A stretch of 64,000 nucleotides of DNA from Minisyncoccota bacterium (GCA_041663045.1 JBAZRH010000001.1:276403-340402), one strand, 5' to 3'. Positions 19,188 to 28,730 are shown, counted from the stretch's first letter. Numbers and translations are program-made. Notes: generated by a model from the sequence alone, not told the origin.

Positions 19188-20894
19188 CTATTGTAAATAC
19201 TCCGGCCGATTCGCATAAATCCATTCAAAAATCTGTCGCATCGGATAAACGCCTCCGTAAGTCGTATGTACCGGACCCTTTTCCATTATTAAAGCAAAAG
19301 CATATTTTGGTTTTTCATAAGGGAAGAAACCGATAACCCAAGCATTTATAAATTGCTTCTGCGAACCAAGTTCGGCTGTTCCGGTTTTTGCACCAAGTGA
19401 AAATTCTGGGAATTGAAGTCCTGTGGCAGTTCCCCCAGCATCCACTGCCATTTTCATACCCTCACGAGCGACTTGAAAATAACCTGAATCGATAGGTATT
19501 GTCTGAGATTCCCCTCCCTCCCCACCAAATATTATGGTTGGCTCCAAAAGCTTGCCTCCGTTTGCAATGCTAGCCACAGCACGTACTGTCTGTATCGGAG
19601 AAACTTGGAAGCCATATTGCCCAATAGATGTATGATACGTATCTCCGATCCTCCAATCATCTCCATTAAAATTTACTGCTTTCCACGCTGGATCAGGAAG
19701 GGTTCCTTGAGTTCCATTGAAAAAACCGTTCGGTAATGCCGAGCCAAAACCAAACATTTGCATATATTTTTTAATATTATCTATTCCGAGGCCCTTCTGA
19801 TTTTCATAGCCTCCACCAATTTCATAGAAATATACATCGGAGGAAACAGCCAGGGCTTCCCTCATATCTACATATCCATGAGCCTTCCAGTCTTTGAAGA
19901 CGGACGGCTTCGATGGGTCATACTGATTTGGTAAAGAAATAGAGCCTGTACTTAAAATATTGTCATATTGACCTATAATTTTTTCCGCTAGAGCCGCTAC
20001 CGCCATGAATGGTTTAACAATAGATCCAGGAGTATAAAGACCGTCCACTATTCTATCTAGAAATGGATTATCTTTATCTTTTATATATCTGTTTATCTTT
20101 GTGTTATCCTTCCCATCTGTCAAAACCTGTTGATTATATTCAGGATAGCTAACGAGCGAAAGTATTTCACCAGTATTAACATCCATTATCACAGCTGCAC
20201 CACCTGTATATCCTGCGGTCAGAGCTATGTTTGAAATTATTGCATACATTGCATTGGATAAGTCAGAGTCAACAGATAACTTTATATCCTTCCCGTCTTC
20301 TGGTGGCCTTAAAACACTCTCGGATTGTGTTTTACCAAGTGCGTTTATCTCAAGAATTTTCAAACCATTTTCACCAGAAAGTTCCGTATTGTAGAATTTT
20401 TCAACACCATCTTTTCCAATAAAAGTGTCACTATAATAAAAACCGTACTTATCCTTTGACGGGTATTTCAAATATCCGACTATATGTGATAGGCCCGATA
20501 TTGTTTCATATTTTCTTAATGCAAATTCCGGATTATTTTCATCAAAGACATTCCATGCAAGTTTCTTATTGTTTTTATCCAAGATCACCCCGCGCTTTGC
20601 AAAAATAAGTGTATGCCTTAGTCTATTATTTTCACTCCTATCAAAATACTCAGGCCCCATTGAGACCTGTAGATACCAAGACCTCCAAAAAAATGACAGA
20701 AAAATAATCACAAAGACTATACCGAGAAAGAAAAACGTTCTTATAGAAATTGGTTTTTCTATTCTCCCCTCAAATTGATGAACATCAAAATTTGGCAAGT
20801 TTTCTGAGTCAATAAAAATCTCATCAGGATCAATATCTTTTGTCCTATTCTTATAAGAATCTTTTTTAAAAAGTTTTTTTATATTCCTATACAT
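19188..20894 (-). CDS. mrdA: Penicillin-binding protein 2 (elongasome transpeptidase, MrdA-like)
   Basis: GSIVKPF (SxxK), SSD (SxN) and KTGTAE (KTG) motifs. Lies immediately downstream of mreB-mreC-mreD. Confidence 0.8.
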   Translation of the reverse strand: MYRNIKKLFKKDSYKNRTKDIDPDEIFIDSENLPNFDVHQFEGRIEKPISIRTFFFLGIVFVIIFLSFFWRSWYLQVSMGPEYFDRSENNRLRHTLIFAKRGVILDKNNKKLAWNVFDENNPEFALRKYETISGLSHIVGYLKYPSKDKYGFYYSDTFIGKDGVEKFYNTELSGENGLKILEINALGKTQSESVLRPPEDGKDIKLSVDSDLSNAMYAIISNIALTAGYTGGAAVIMDVNTGEILSLVSYPEYNQQVLTDGKDNTKINRYIKDKDNPFLDRIVDGLYTPGSIVKPFMAVAALAEKIIGQYDNILSTGSISLPNQYDPSKPSVFKDWKAHGYVDMREALAVSSDVYFYEIGGGYENQKGLGIDNIKKYMQMFGFGSALPNGFFNGTQGTLPDPAWKAVNFNGDDWRIGDTYHTSIGQYGFQVSPIQTVRAVASIANGGKLLEPTIIFGGEGGESQTIPIDSGYFQVAREGMKMAVDAGGTATGLQFPEFSLGAKTGTAELGSQKQFINAWVIGFFPYEKPKYAFALIMEKGPVHTTYGGVYPMRQIFEWIYANRPEYLQ

Positions 20895-20913
20895 GATCTT
20901 CTCTGACCGAACC

Positions 20914-21180
20914 CTACTCCCGAGAATAGAATTTTAACACTGTTTTTAATTTAAGAGAAATTAAAAACAAAATCAAAAATATTATCGTGAAAACGAACGG
21001 AAAATTAAAACCAAAAATATTTCCACTTCCATAAATCCTATCTATAAGATAAGCAAATATAACCCCTTCCAAAAAATCTGTAAAGAAAAATGTTAAGACA
21101 AAAAGAAAGATGGCTGTAATATATGGTGGAAATAAGAAGACAAAAATCAAAGCAAAGATATCAAGGATTACTCTTAACAT
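20914..21180 (-). CDS. mreD: Rod shape-determining protein MreD-like
   Basis: 88 aa polytopic membrane protein positioned between mreC and the PBP2 gene. Confidence 0.5.
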   Translation of the reverse strand: MLRVILDIFALIFVFLFPPYITAIFLFVLTFFFTDFLEGVIFAYLIDRIYGSGNIFGFNFPFVFTIIFLILFLISLKLKTVLKFYSRE

Positions 21181-21181
21181 T

Positions 21182-21994
21182 TCATTTTTTATTATTCGGA
21201 ATCAAGATTTCTACCCATTTTAGCTCTAAAACATTTATTGGGCTTTTAAACAAGACTGTCTGAAATGAGTCAGCCTCTTTATATTCCACCTTTTCAACTA
21301 TACCAAAAATATTTGGAGAAATGGAGGGGATCACCACATCGTCACCTTCTTTAATATCTATCTCCCTTGGGAGCTCAATCTTAAAATTTCCTCCCCCTAT
21401 ACCGACAGCTTCTTTTAAAACATTGTTTGAGCCAACCAAGACTAGAACTTTCTCATCTGGTGAAGAATAGAGTATTACTTTTGAAGAGTTTGCATAGACC
21501 TCTGACACTCTGCCGATAAAGATATTGCCATCTGCAGAGACTTTGTCTCCAACCACTACACCAGCATCTGTACCGATATCTACGATCAAGGTGTCATATG
21601 GTGAGAAAGATGGCTTAACTAAAATACTCGCCAAGACAGCCTTTGAATAAATACTTTTCCTACCAAGTAGGTCTTTTAGATCAGTGTTTTCTTGAATTAA
21701 GATTCTATTCAATTCTGTGTCTTTTTTACCTTTTGTCATTTCACTTTGAAGCAACTGATTTTCTGCTATGAGAGCAGATTTCGACTTCAACCTCTCAAGG
21801 CTATTTGAGAAAAAAGAATTGAGGCTTGATCCAACTTTCCAAAAAGGTTTCCCTACCCAGAAAAGAATTGCTCTGGCTGATAATGTACTAAATGTAAAAA
21901 TGACGAGGAAAAACAAGACTATGACAATAAGCCACAGTCTTTTTCTGTTCCTTGAGTTATTAAAACTATTTCTTTGGGGGTAATTCGTCCTCAT
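21182..21994 (-). CDS. mreC: Rod shape-determining protein MreC
   Basis: N-terminal TM helix, a coiled coil, and two beta-rich MreC domains. Confidence 0.8.
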   Translation of the reverse strand: MRTNYPQRNSFNNSRNRKRLWLIVIVLFFLVIFTFSTLSARAILFWVGKPFWKVGSSLNSFFSNSLERLKSKSALIAENQLLQSEMTKGKKDTELNRILIQENTDLKDLLGRKSIYSKAVLASILVKPSFSPYDTLIVDIGTDAGVVVGDKVSADGNIFIGRVSEVYANSSKVILYSSPDEKVLVLVGSNNVLKEAVGIGGGNFKIELPREIDIKEGDDVVIPSISPNIFGIVEKVEYKEADSFQTVLFKSPINVLELKWVEILIPNNKK

Positions 21995-23036
21995 TTTGTA
22001 TCAAAACTTCTCTATATTCATCAATGTTTTCAAGAATAATACCAGCTCCCCTTGCTACTGCTGTAAGCGGGTCGTCAGCAATCCTAACCGGTATTTTTAG
22101 ATATTCTGTTAAAAGTGTATCTAGACCCTTAATGAGTGCACCTCCTCCAAAAAGATAAATACCTCTCTGCATAATATCGGAAAGAATCTCCGGTGGGGTT
22201 GTCTCAAGCACTTCCTTTGTACCCTCTACAAGTGCTTCTATAGAAGAAGACATAGCTTCACGGACATCACCGTCTGTAATAATAACTTCTCTCGGTAGAC
22301 CAGTAATAAGGTCTCGTCCTTTTATAGAAGTCTCCATTGATTCATTTGGTACAACAGCTCCGATAGCAATTTTTACATTTTCTGCAGTTTTTTCCCCGAT
22401 CAATATTTTAAATTCACTTCTGATATAAGAGATAATGTCGTTGTTTAGCTTGTCTCCCGCTATTCGAAGATTTTTTGATCTTACAATACCAGAAAGCGAA
22501 ATTACTGCGATATCAGATGTTCCCCCGCCAATATCTATAACCATATTCCCAACTGGTGATTTTATCGGCAGACGGATTCCTATTGCTCCAGCCATTGGCT
22601 CTTCTACTATATGTACCTCGCGAGCTCCAGCGTTTCTAGTGGCGTCTTTTACCGCTCTTATTTCAACGTTTGTAACACCGGAGGGTACTCCAACTACTAC
22701 ACGTGGGCCAAGCATTTTGGGAGAGATTTCTTCAGCCTTTCTGATAAGATGAGCTATCATTTCTTCTGTAACTTCAAAATCTGAAATCACTCCGTCTACA
22801 AGCGGTCTTACAGCAACAATGTGTGCCGGTGTCCTACCGAGCATTTCTTTGGCTTGAGTACCGACAGCCACCACACGTCCCGTCTTTTGATTCATAGCTA
22901 CCACGGATGGCTCATTTATCACGATACCTTTCCCTGCAAGATACACCAAGGTATTTGCTGTACCCAAATCAATCCCAATATCATTGGAAAATCGTCTATA
23001 TAGTTTTCTTTTTGTGTCTTCAATATACTTAAACAT
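21966..23036 (-). CDS. mreB: Rod shape-determining protein MreB
   Basis: IGIDLGTANTLVY phosphate-1 motif with full actin-fold homology. Likely start is MFKYIEDT at 23036; the ORF-track extension to 23096 is probably spurious. Confidence 0.9.
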   Translation of the reverse strand: MFKYIEDTKRKLYRRFSNDIGIDLGTANTLVYLAGKGIVINEPSVVAMNQKTGRVVAVGTQAKEMLGRTPAHIVAVRPLVDGVISDFEVTEEMIAHLIRKAEEISPKMLGPRVVVGVPSGVTNVEIRAVKDATRNAGAREVHIVEEPMAGAIGIRLPIKSPVGNMVIDIGGGTSDIAVISLSGIVRSKNLRIAGDKLNNDIISYIRSEFKILIGEKTAENVKIAIGAVVPNESMETSIKGRDLITGLPREVIITDGDVREAMSSSIEALVEGTKEVLETTPPEILSDIMQRGIYLFGGGALIKGLDTLLTEYLKIPVRIADDPLTAVARGAGIILENIDEYREVLIQNEDELPPKK

Positions 23037-23126
23037 GATTGATTTTTTATGAGCAAAGCGAATTTTAAAAATCATCACCCTGTGAAATGCCGACACCGAC
23101 GGCGTATTTCACTCTGGTATTTCGCC

Positions 23127-24383
23127 TTACTTGTAATTTTCTATAAACTTAAAAACATCTTTCTCTTTCAATATCGACACTTTTCCACTCTTTCTTTCTT
23201 TTATTTCAAATTCGCCTTTTTCAATACCTTTTTCACTTACTACTATTCTCAATGGTATTCCTATAAGATCCGAATCATTGAACTTCTCTCCGGCACGGGC
23301 ATCTCTATCATCATATAACACCTCTATACCTATTTTTGCAAGTGTCTCATAAAGTGCTTCGGCAGTTTCCTTAACTTTTTTATTTTCTGATACAAGCTCT
23401 ATAAGATGCACCTTGAATGGCGCGATAGACACCGGCCAGACGATTCCTTTGTCATCGGACATTATTTCTACGATAGTCCCCATCGTCCTACTTGGACCAA
23501 ACCCGTAACAACCCATGAAGACTGGTTTTTTATCACCTTCTTCATTCACATAGTCCAATCCCAACGGCTCAGAGAATTTAAAACCGAGTTTAAATATATT
23601 TCCTACCTCTGATGATTTTTTTTCTACCAGTTTTTTATTACCGCATTCTGGGCAAGCCTTGAGCTCATCGGACAGTTCTTTGTTTACAGCAACTTTGCAT
23701 TTATCACAACAATAAATAGTATCCTCGCCATTGGGAGTTAGGGTTTGAAATTCATGTGAATATTTACTGAATGTACCTCCTTTTGCATAAGTAAAATAAG
23801 TTATATCACCAATACCGAGTCTACTAAATATTTTCTCGTAAGCTTCTTTAACCTTACCATAAAATATTTCATGTTCTTTTTCATCGATAGAAAAAGAGTA
23901 CATGTCTTTCATTAGAAATTCTCTGCCTCGCATTATCCCGCTCTTTGCTCTTGCTTCATTCCTAAACTTCGTCTGTATTTGATATGGGTAAACTGGTAAA
24001 TCTTTGTACGATCTTATATGGTTTTTTAAAAGTGTTGTCAGAGGCTCTTCGTGTGTAGCACCAAGACCAAGCTCCGTGCCATTGTTTAATTTTGTCTTAA
24101 ACCAGATACCCATCACTTCATCGCTCCATCTGCCTGTCTTTTCCCACGAACCTTTGTCTTGCAATGCAGAAAGCAATAATTCCTGACCACCTATAGCATT
24201 TAGTTCATCTCTTATAATATTGCAAATATTGTTGAGGACTTTCAAACCAAGCGGTAGATAGTCATAAACTCCGGCCATTTCTTTATTTATAAATCCGGCA
24301 CGAATCAGGAGATTTGCATTTTTTGATACTTCGTCTTTAGGACCCTCTTTGCGGGTCTTACTTAGCAACTTTGATTGTCTCAT
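23127..24383 (-). CDS. proS: Prolyl-tRNA synthetase (compact form lacking an editing domain)
   Basis: MRQSKLLSKTRKE...YDYLPLGLKVL N-terminus, class II core, a zinc ribbon CDKC...CPEC, and a C-terminal anticodon-binding domain. Confidence 0.85.
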   Translation of the reverse strand: MRQSKLLSKTRKEGPKDEVSKNANLLIRAGFINKEMAGVYDYLPLGLKVLNNICNIIRDELNAIGGQELLLSALQDKGSWEKTGRWSDEVMGIWFKTKLNNGTELGLGATHEEPLTTLLKNHIRSYKDLPVYPYQIQTKFRNEARAKSGIMRGREFLMKDMYSFSIDEKEHEIFYGKVKEAYEKIFSRLGIGDITYFTYAKGGTFSKYSHEFQTLTPNGEDTIYCCDKCKVAVNKELSDELKACPECGNKKLVEKKSSEVGNIFKLGFKFSEPLGLDYVNEEGDKKPVFMGCYGFGPSRTMGTIVEIMSDDKGIVWPVSIAPFKVHLIELVSENKKVKETAEALYETLAKIGIEVLYDDRDARAGEKFNDSDLIGIPLRIVVSEKGIEKGEFEIKERKSGKVSILKEKDVFKFIENYK

Positions 24384-24422
24384 ATGGTAAATACTACATT
24401 AATTTGAGCCAAAACAAAACAC

Positions 24423-24451
24423 TTGACTTTTGCAGTTGTGGTGATAGAATC
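24423..24451 (+). promoter_or_regulatory. Sigma-70-type promoter for the mini-ORF operon
   Basis: TTGACT - 17 nt - TAGAAT. Confidence 0.55.
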
Positions 24452-24475
24452 ATCCTCAGAAAAAAGGATGTATTT

Positions 24476-24574
24476 ATGAATTTCAATTTGACTCTGGCTG
24501 TCATAGTGGCGGTAGTGATCGTATTGTGGATGTTGGCAACTCACAAGGAAAAGCAACGGAGTAGAAAGAAATGA
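24476..24574 (+). CDS. Mini-protein 1 (32 aa, single TM helix, basic C-terminal tail)
   Basis: MNFNLTLAVIVAVVIVLWMLATHKEKQRSRKK. Its stop overlaps the next ATG (ATGA). Confidence 0.45.
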   Translation: MNFNLTLAVIVAVVIVLWMLATHKEKQRSRKK

Positions 24575-24720
24575 AAACGCTAGCTCCTACTATCCTGATA
24601 TTGGGTTATGTGATAGTTAGCATCCTCACCATCGTGACAGTACGATTTGGTCTCGCTTTGCGTATTGAATACGCAGTGATGAGGTTTGTCAAACGCTGGA
24701 ATAAAAAGGAGAAAAAATGA
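24571..24720 (+). CDS. Mini-protein 2 (49 aa, single TM helix)
   Basis: MKTLAPTILILGYVIVSILTIVTVRFGLALRIEYAVMRFVKRWNKKEKK, with ATGA overlap at both ends. Confidence 0.45.
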   Translation: MKTLAPTILILGYVIVSILTIVTVRFGLALRIEYAVMRFVKRWNKKEKK

Positions 24721-24878
24721 AATGGTCAGAATTGAGCACAGCAGAACATGCCCTCATAATCACGGTCGGATTTATCATCTTGTCTGTGATTGGGTCTTGG
24801 CTTATCCGCAAAATCCCTTTCATAAAAGAACATGAGGACAAGGTCGACGGGAGGACTGAAGAAATCGATGGGTCGTGA
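24717..24878 (+). CDS. Mini-protein 3 (53 aa, single TM helix, acidic tail)
   Basis: MKWSELSTAEHALIITVGFIILSVIGSWLIRKIPFIKEHEDKVDGRTEEIDGS. A terminator follows. Confidence 0.45.
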   Translation: MKWSELSTAEHALIITVGFIILSVIGSWLIRKIPFIKEHEDKVDGRTEEIDGS

Positions 24879-24892
24879 AGAACAACTCATTA

Positions 24893-24929
24893 GACGGCGC
24901 GAACAAGAGTTCGCGCCGTATTTTTTTAT
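24893..24929 (+). terminator. Rho-independent terminator
   Basis: gacggcgcgaacaagagttcgcgccgt followed by ATTTTTTTATT. Confidence 0.8.
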
Positions 24930-25029
24930 TAAACACGTTTGTAAGCGACCGAAGCCCCGCCATTTTCTCACCATTGCCGAAAGCTCCCTCCACCCACTTT
25001 CTCTACGATCTAGCGGACTCTGTAAGTTA

Positions 25030-25207
25030 GCGAGCGAGGATTTATAAATATCTTTGCTAGGGGTGGCGAGCCTGCCCCTTTTGAAATGCCTTGGGAGCGC
25101 GACGGCGCGAGCACGAGGAATTTTCTAGCAAGAAAATATCCGTGCATTTCAAAAGGGGCAGGTCGACAGGACCCCGTGAAAATATTTATCAAAACCCGAG
25201 CGAGTTT
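25030..25207. repeat. Long palindromic intergenic repeat, family C copy 1
   Basis: tttgctaggggtggcgagcctgcccctttt...aaaaggggcaggtcgacaggacccc with the central gcgcgacggcgcgagca. Flanked by agcgagcgagg and cccgagcgag. Confidence 0.75.
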
Positions 25208-26302
25208 TTAATGAATCAACTTCAAAATATCCTTATAAGTAATAAAAATCATCAGGCCGATAAGCAGTGCAAAACCGATTCCATTGGCCCAATTGGCTAT
25301 CGCCGGTTTTATTTTCCTTCTGAAGACTGCTTCTATGAAAACGAATAAAACTCTTCCACCATCAAGCGCCGGAAATGGCACTGCATTTAATACGGCCAAG
25401 TTTATAGAAATAAGAGCAATGAATCCGAGAAGATATGACGCGCCGAGATTCCTCGCCTGTCCCACCATTCCCGCTATTCCCACAGGACCTGAAATTTGCG
25501 ATATTAAACCTTTTTCACCTGTGAAAGCCCCGGCAATAAATTTCCACATACCGACAGCGACGACTTTTATTTCAAGGATGGTAAGTTTGACCCCCTCCCA
25601 AAAAGAGCTGAAAAATCCGAGCTTAAGAGTCCCCGCAAAATCCATTGCTATACCTATAGCCTTTTTACCTTCTGTTATCCCTGCAATCGGGACGATGTTC
25701 ACACTACTCGTAGATACACCTCTTTTTATCTCTAAATTCACAGCCGCTACACTTTCCGAAATAATTTTCTGAATTTGTTCTATCTTAGGGTTTGCCAGAT
25801 TCTGCTTATCTCCAGAAATATTTATAATAAAATCCCCTTCTTTGAGACCTGCTCTTTCTGCTGGAGATCTTTCGGCGACAGAGATTATAATCACACCTGC
25901 GTCTTTTATTTTACTTGCGTAACTATCACTCACAGAAGTAAGCATTCCAAGATTGAAAGAAATTGAAATCAAAATCCAAGCAAAGACAATATTTAAAAAT
26001 ATTCCTGATAGGAGGACTACAATTTGCTTCCATTTTGAAGCATTTACAAAGCTTCTGGCAGAATCGGCACCTTTCATAGATTCTTCGTTCGGATCCTCAC
26101 CAAATATCTTTACATAACCTCCGAAGGGGATAAGGTTCAAAGCGTATTTTGTCTCACCTCTCTGCCAGCCAAAGACTTTTGGCGGAAAGCCAATGGCGAA
26201 TTCATCTACTCGAATACCAAACATCTTCGCAGAGATAAAATGCCCAAGCTCGTGGACAAAGACGAGAACCGCAAGAATTATTAAAAAAAGTAATATGGTC
26301 AT
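25208..26302 (-). CDS. rseP: Site-2 protease RseP (M50 zinc metalloprotease with PDZ domain)
   Basis: HELGH zinc motif in TM1, a PDZ domain, and a C-terminal LDGG motif. Confidence 0.85.
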   Translation of the reverse strand: MTILLFLIILAVLVFVHELGHFISAKMFGIRVDEFAIGFPPKVFGWQRGETKYALNLIPFGGYVKIFGEDPNEESMKGADSARSFVNASKWKQIVVLLSGIFLNIVFAWILISISFNLGMLTSVSDSYASKIKDAGVIIISVAERSPAERAGLKEGDFIINISGDKQNLANPKIEQIQKIISESVAAVNLEIKRGVSTSSVNIVPIAGITEGKKAIGIAMDFAGTLKLGFFSSFWEGVKLTILEIKVVAVGMWKFIAGAFTGEKGLISQISGPVGIAGMVGQARNLGASYLLGFIALISINLAVLNAVPFPALDGGRVLFVFIEAVFRRKIKPAIANWANGIGFALLIGLMIFITYKDILKLIH

Positions 26303-26307
26303 GTTTT

Positions 26308-26486
26308 AAAAAGTTGAGGATTTGTAATTTGTTGTGTCCGCAGGCTCCTTTTCTGGTGCGATGTGGTGTAATTTTGCGAGAAGTAATCTTTGAGCAAAAG
26401 TATACCACATCGCAAGCCGCCGAGGATTAGGAAATTTTTCGGCTGGGAAAAATTTCTGCACAACAAATTGTAAATCCTCAACCTTG
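26308..26486. repeat. Long near-perfect palindromic repeat, family A copy 1
   Basis: aaagttgaggatttgtaatttgttgtgtccgcagg...ggtgcgatgtggtgtaattttgcgagaagtaatctttgagcaaaagtataccacatcgcaagcc...ctgcacaacaaattgtaaatcctcaacc. Confidence 0.8.
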
Positions 26487-26487
26487 C

Positions 26488-27039
26488 TTATGAATTAATC
26501 TCTTTCTCCTTCTTCTCCAAAATCACCTCTAGGGCTTTACTACCTTCATCGATAATCTTCTGCATCTCATTCTTAAATCTAAATTTATCATCTTCGCCCA
26601 TTCCGCCTTTCTTTTCCTTTTCCTGAATATCATTCCAAACTTCATCTCTTATCCCTCTCAGGGTCTTTCTCGCATCCTCAAGCTTAGTCTTTGCCGTCTT
26701 TATAATCATCTCCCTTCTCTCTGATGTAAGCTCCGGGAAAAATACTCTGACACCTTTGTCATCCACCGCGACAGATACTCCAAGATTTGCTGATATTATC
26801 GCCTTCTCAATCGCTTTCGCCTGTGACTTGTCCCAAGGGGAAATACGGATGACCCTCGCATCTTCAATGGAAATTCCCGCAACCTGATTGATCGCCATCT
26901 TTGTGCCGTAAGACTCCACTTGCACCCCGTCCAAAATCGCTGGGCTAGCAATCCCTGTCCTGATGCCCATATATTCTTTCTTTAGCCATTCTTCAACTCC
27001 TTTGGCTTTCTCTTTCAAAACCTTAAAATCGTAATTCAT
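26488..27039 (-). CDS. frr: Ribosome recycling factor
   Basis: Full-length Frr homology (GIRTGIASPAILDGVQVESYG...). Confidence 0.9.
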   Translation of the reverse strand: MNYDFKVLKEKAKGVEEWLKKEYMGIRTGIASPAILDGVQVESYGTKMAINQVAGISIEDARVIRISPWDKSQAKAIEKAIISANLGVSVAVDDKGVRVFFPELTSERREMIIKTAKTKLEDARKTLRGIRDEVWNDIQEKEKKGGMGEDDKFRFKNEMQKIIDEGSKALEVILEKKEKEINS

Positions 27040-27087
27040 ATATTTATTATGTTATTGTATTATATCAAAAAATCTACTAAATAAAAA

Positions 27088-27122
27088 CTCGGCCAACTAA
27101 TCAGCCGGCCGAGGTTTTTTGA
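27088..27122. terminator. Bidirectional rho-independent terminator
   Basis: ctcggcc-aactaatcag-cggccgag flanked by A-runs and T-runs. Confidence 0.7.
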
Positions 27123-27131
27123 TTCACTGAA

Positions 27132-27386
27132 CTACATGTGATCGCAGACCTTTAGGTTCTGCCACTTAACGTCGCCATCTGCACGAGCGTGCGCTTCACA
27201 CAGGACGATGACTAACATCTTCGCTGGTAGCAGACTACTTTTCTTCTGCTGAGAAATGCGCTTTTTGTGTTTCTCGAGTACACGACACATCGCCAACTCC
27301 AAATCATGAATGATCATTTTGCGATTCTTCACAATCAAGCTTCTGTGTTTTTTATATAGCTCTTGCTTATCACTCTCGCTTTTCAT
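27132..27386 (-). CDS. Hypothetical protein (84 aa), higher GC
   Basis: ORF with an upstream TTGACT-N16-TAATAT promoter on the minus strand and a downstream terminator. No homology recognised. Confidence 0.4.
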   Translation of the reverse strand: MKSESDKQELYKKHRSLIVKNRKMIIHDLELAMCRVLEKHKKRISQQKKSSLLPAKMLVIVLCEAHARADGDVKWQNLKVCDHM

Positions 27387-27541
27387 GTATGTTCCCCTTC
27401 TGTTTGAGTTAGACAGATTACATTAGTTCTTCTGATTCAGATATTATAACATTTGTTATAAAAGTCAATTTGCTTCCTTGACCGGGCAAATACAATCCTA
27501 CCTTTACTGTATTTTCTTCACTAGCAACTAGAACCTAGCAC

Positions 27542-28228
27542 CTAAAAACTTGGTATGGTGAGTGCCACATACTCTATAAGCATTTTGAGAGATGGTGATT
27601 GCTCGCTAGAGTATTGTCTCACTTTTTCTAGAGATTCCAGCACTCGCACAGTATTTTTGTCTTTCAAATTTGCCTTTTTTGCAATTTCAGATTCTAAGGC
27701 ATTGAAAAATTTAACAACCTGAATTTTACTTTCTTCTTCATCAGAAATACTTTCAGCAAGCTTTTTCACTGCATCCATTCTTTCGCCCACGGACATTTTT
27801 AAAAAGCTTTTTGCATTTATTTTACTCAAAGCCGTGACACTTTCATGCTCCACTATCATAAGGCGTGACCTTAGTGTCGGAATAAGTCCGTTTGCTGAAG
27901 GAATAATTATAAAAAAGTGTGTGCCACCGACTGGCTCTTCAAAAAACTTGAGCATTGCATTTTGCGCCTTCTCCGTAATAAAATTCGCCTGCAAAACAAA
28001 AATCTTTTTATCTGAAACTGTCGGGCGATTGTAATGAAGCTCTTTTAGCGTGCGACTATCTTCCGTATCCATCGTGTCATATTCACCATACCAAAAATCA
28101 GGATTGCTATGTATTGAAAATTTAAGTTCCTTTTCAAAAAACTTCTCCAATTCCAAAATCACCTGCTCCGCCTCGCCGACAATGCAATATGCGTGATGTA
28201 AATTTTTGCCTTGGGTGAAAAGATTCAT
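27542..28228 (-). CDS. holB: DNA polymerase III delta' subunit-like clamp-loader protein
   Basis: Short AAA+-like fold (CIVGEAEQVILE..., FFEEP..., IPTLRSR) typical of compact delta' proteins. Confidence 0.6.
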   Translation of the reverse strand: MNLFTQGKNLHHAYCIVGEAEQVILELEKFFEKELKFSIHSNPDFWYGEYDTMDTEDSRTLKELHYNRPTVSDKKIFVLQANFITEKAQNAMLKFFEEPVGGTHFFIIIPSANGLIPTLRSRLMIVEHESVTALSKINAKSFLKMSVGERMDAVKKLAESISDEEESKIQVVKFFNALESEIAKKANLKDKNTVRVLESLEKVRQYSSEQSPSLKMLIEYVALTIPSF

Positions 28229-28321
28229 AGATACATCATAATATAAAAATTAGGTAAAAGAAAACCGCCTCTGCAAGCGCTTAGTTTTCTTTCCGCTTGC
28301 GGACGGTTTCACCAGTTGTCA

Positions 28322-28576
28322 TTACACCAATGGTGGTAGTTGTTTTTTTCTACAATCAAACGCGGCCCATAATGCAACGTAGCCAAAAATCACCATGACT
28401 GTCATGGTCGCACATCCATGAATTTTCTTCATGGCCGCGATCTTATAACCAAAAATCAAATATGCTGTAATGCCGGCCAAAACGTACGAAACAATGAAGG
28501 CAAACAGAGGGCTCAAAACAACCCAAACCAAGACGGCCATTATCATACAGAGCCAGGCCATAATATTTTCTTTCAT
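28322..28576 (-). CDS. Small membrane protein, function unknown
   Basis: 84 aa with three hydrophobic helices. Confidence 0.4.
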   Translation of the reverse strand: MKENIMAWLCMIMAVLVWVVLSPLFAFIVSYVLAGITAYLIFGYKIAAMKKIHGCATMTVMVIFGYVALWAAFDCRKKQLPPLV

Positions 28577-28730
28577 ATTTCTCTCCTTCTTACCAACATT
28601 CGCTTAATTGGCTTTTTAGGCCAAAGTTGTGAGTTAAGCGATAAACTCAAAGTCAAAATCAAAGAACTACTCTAGTATGATAGCATACTTGAGTATAAAA
28701 GTCAAGCATTTGGGTGATTTTGTTAGCTAA

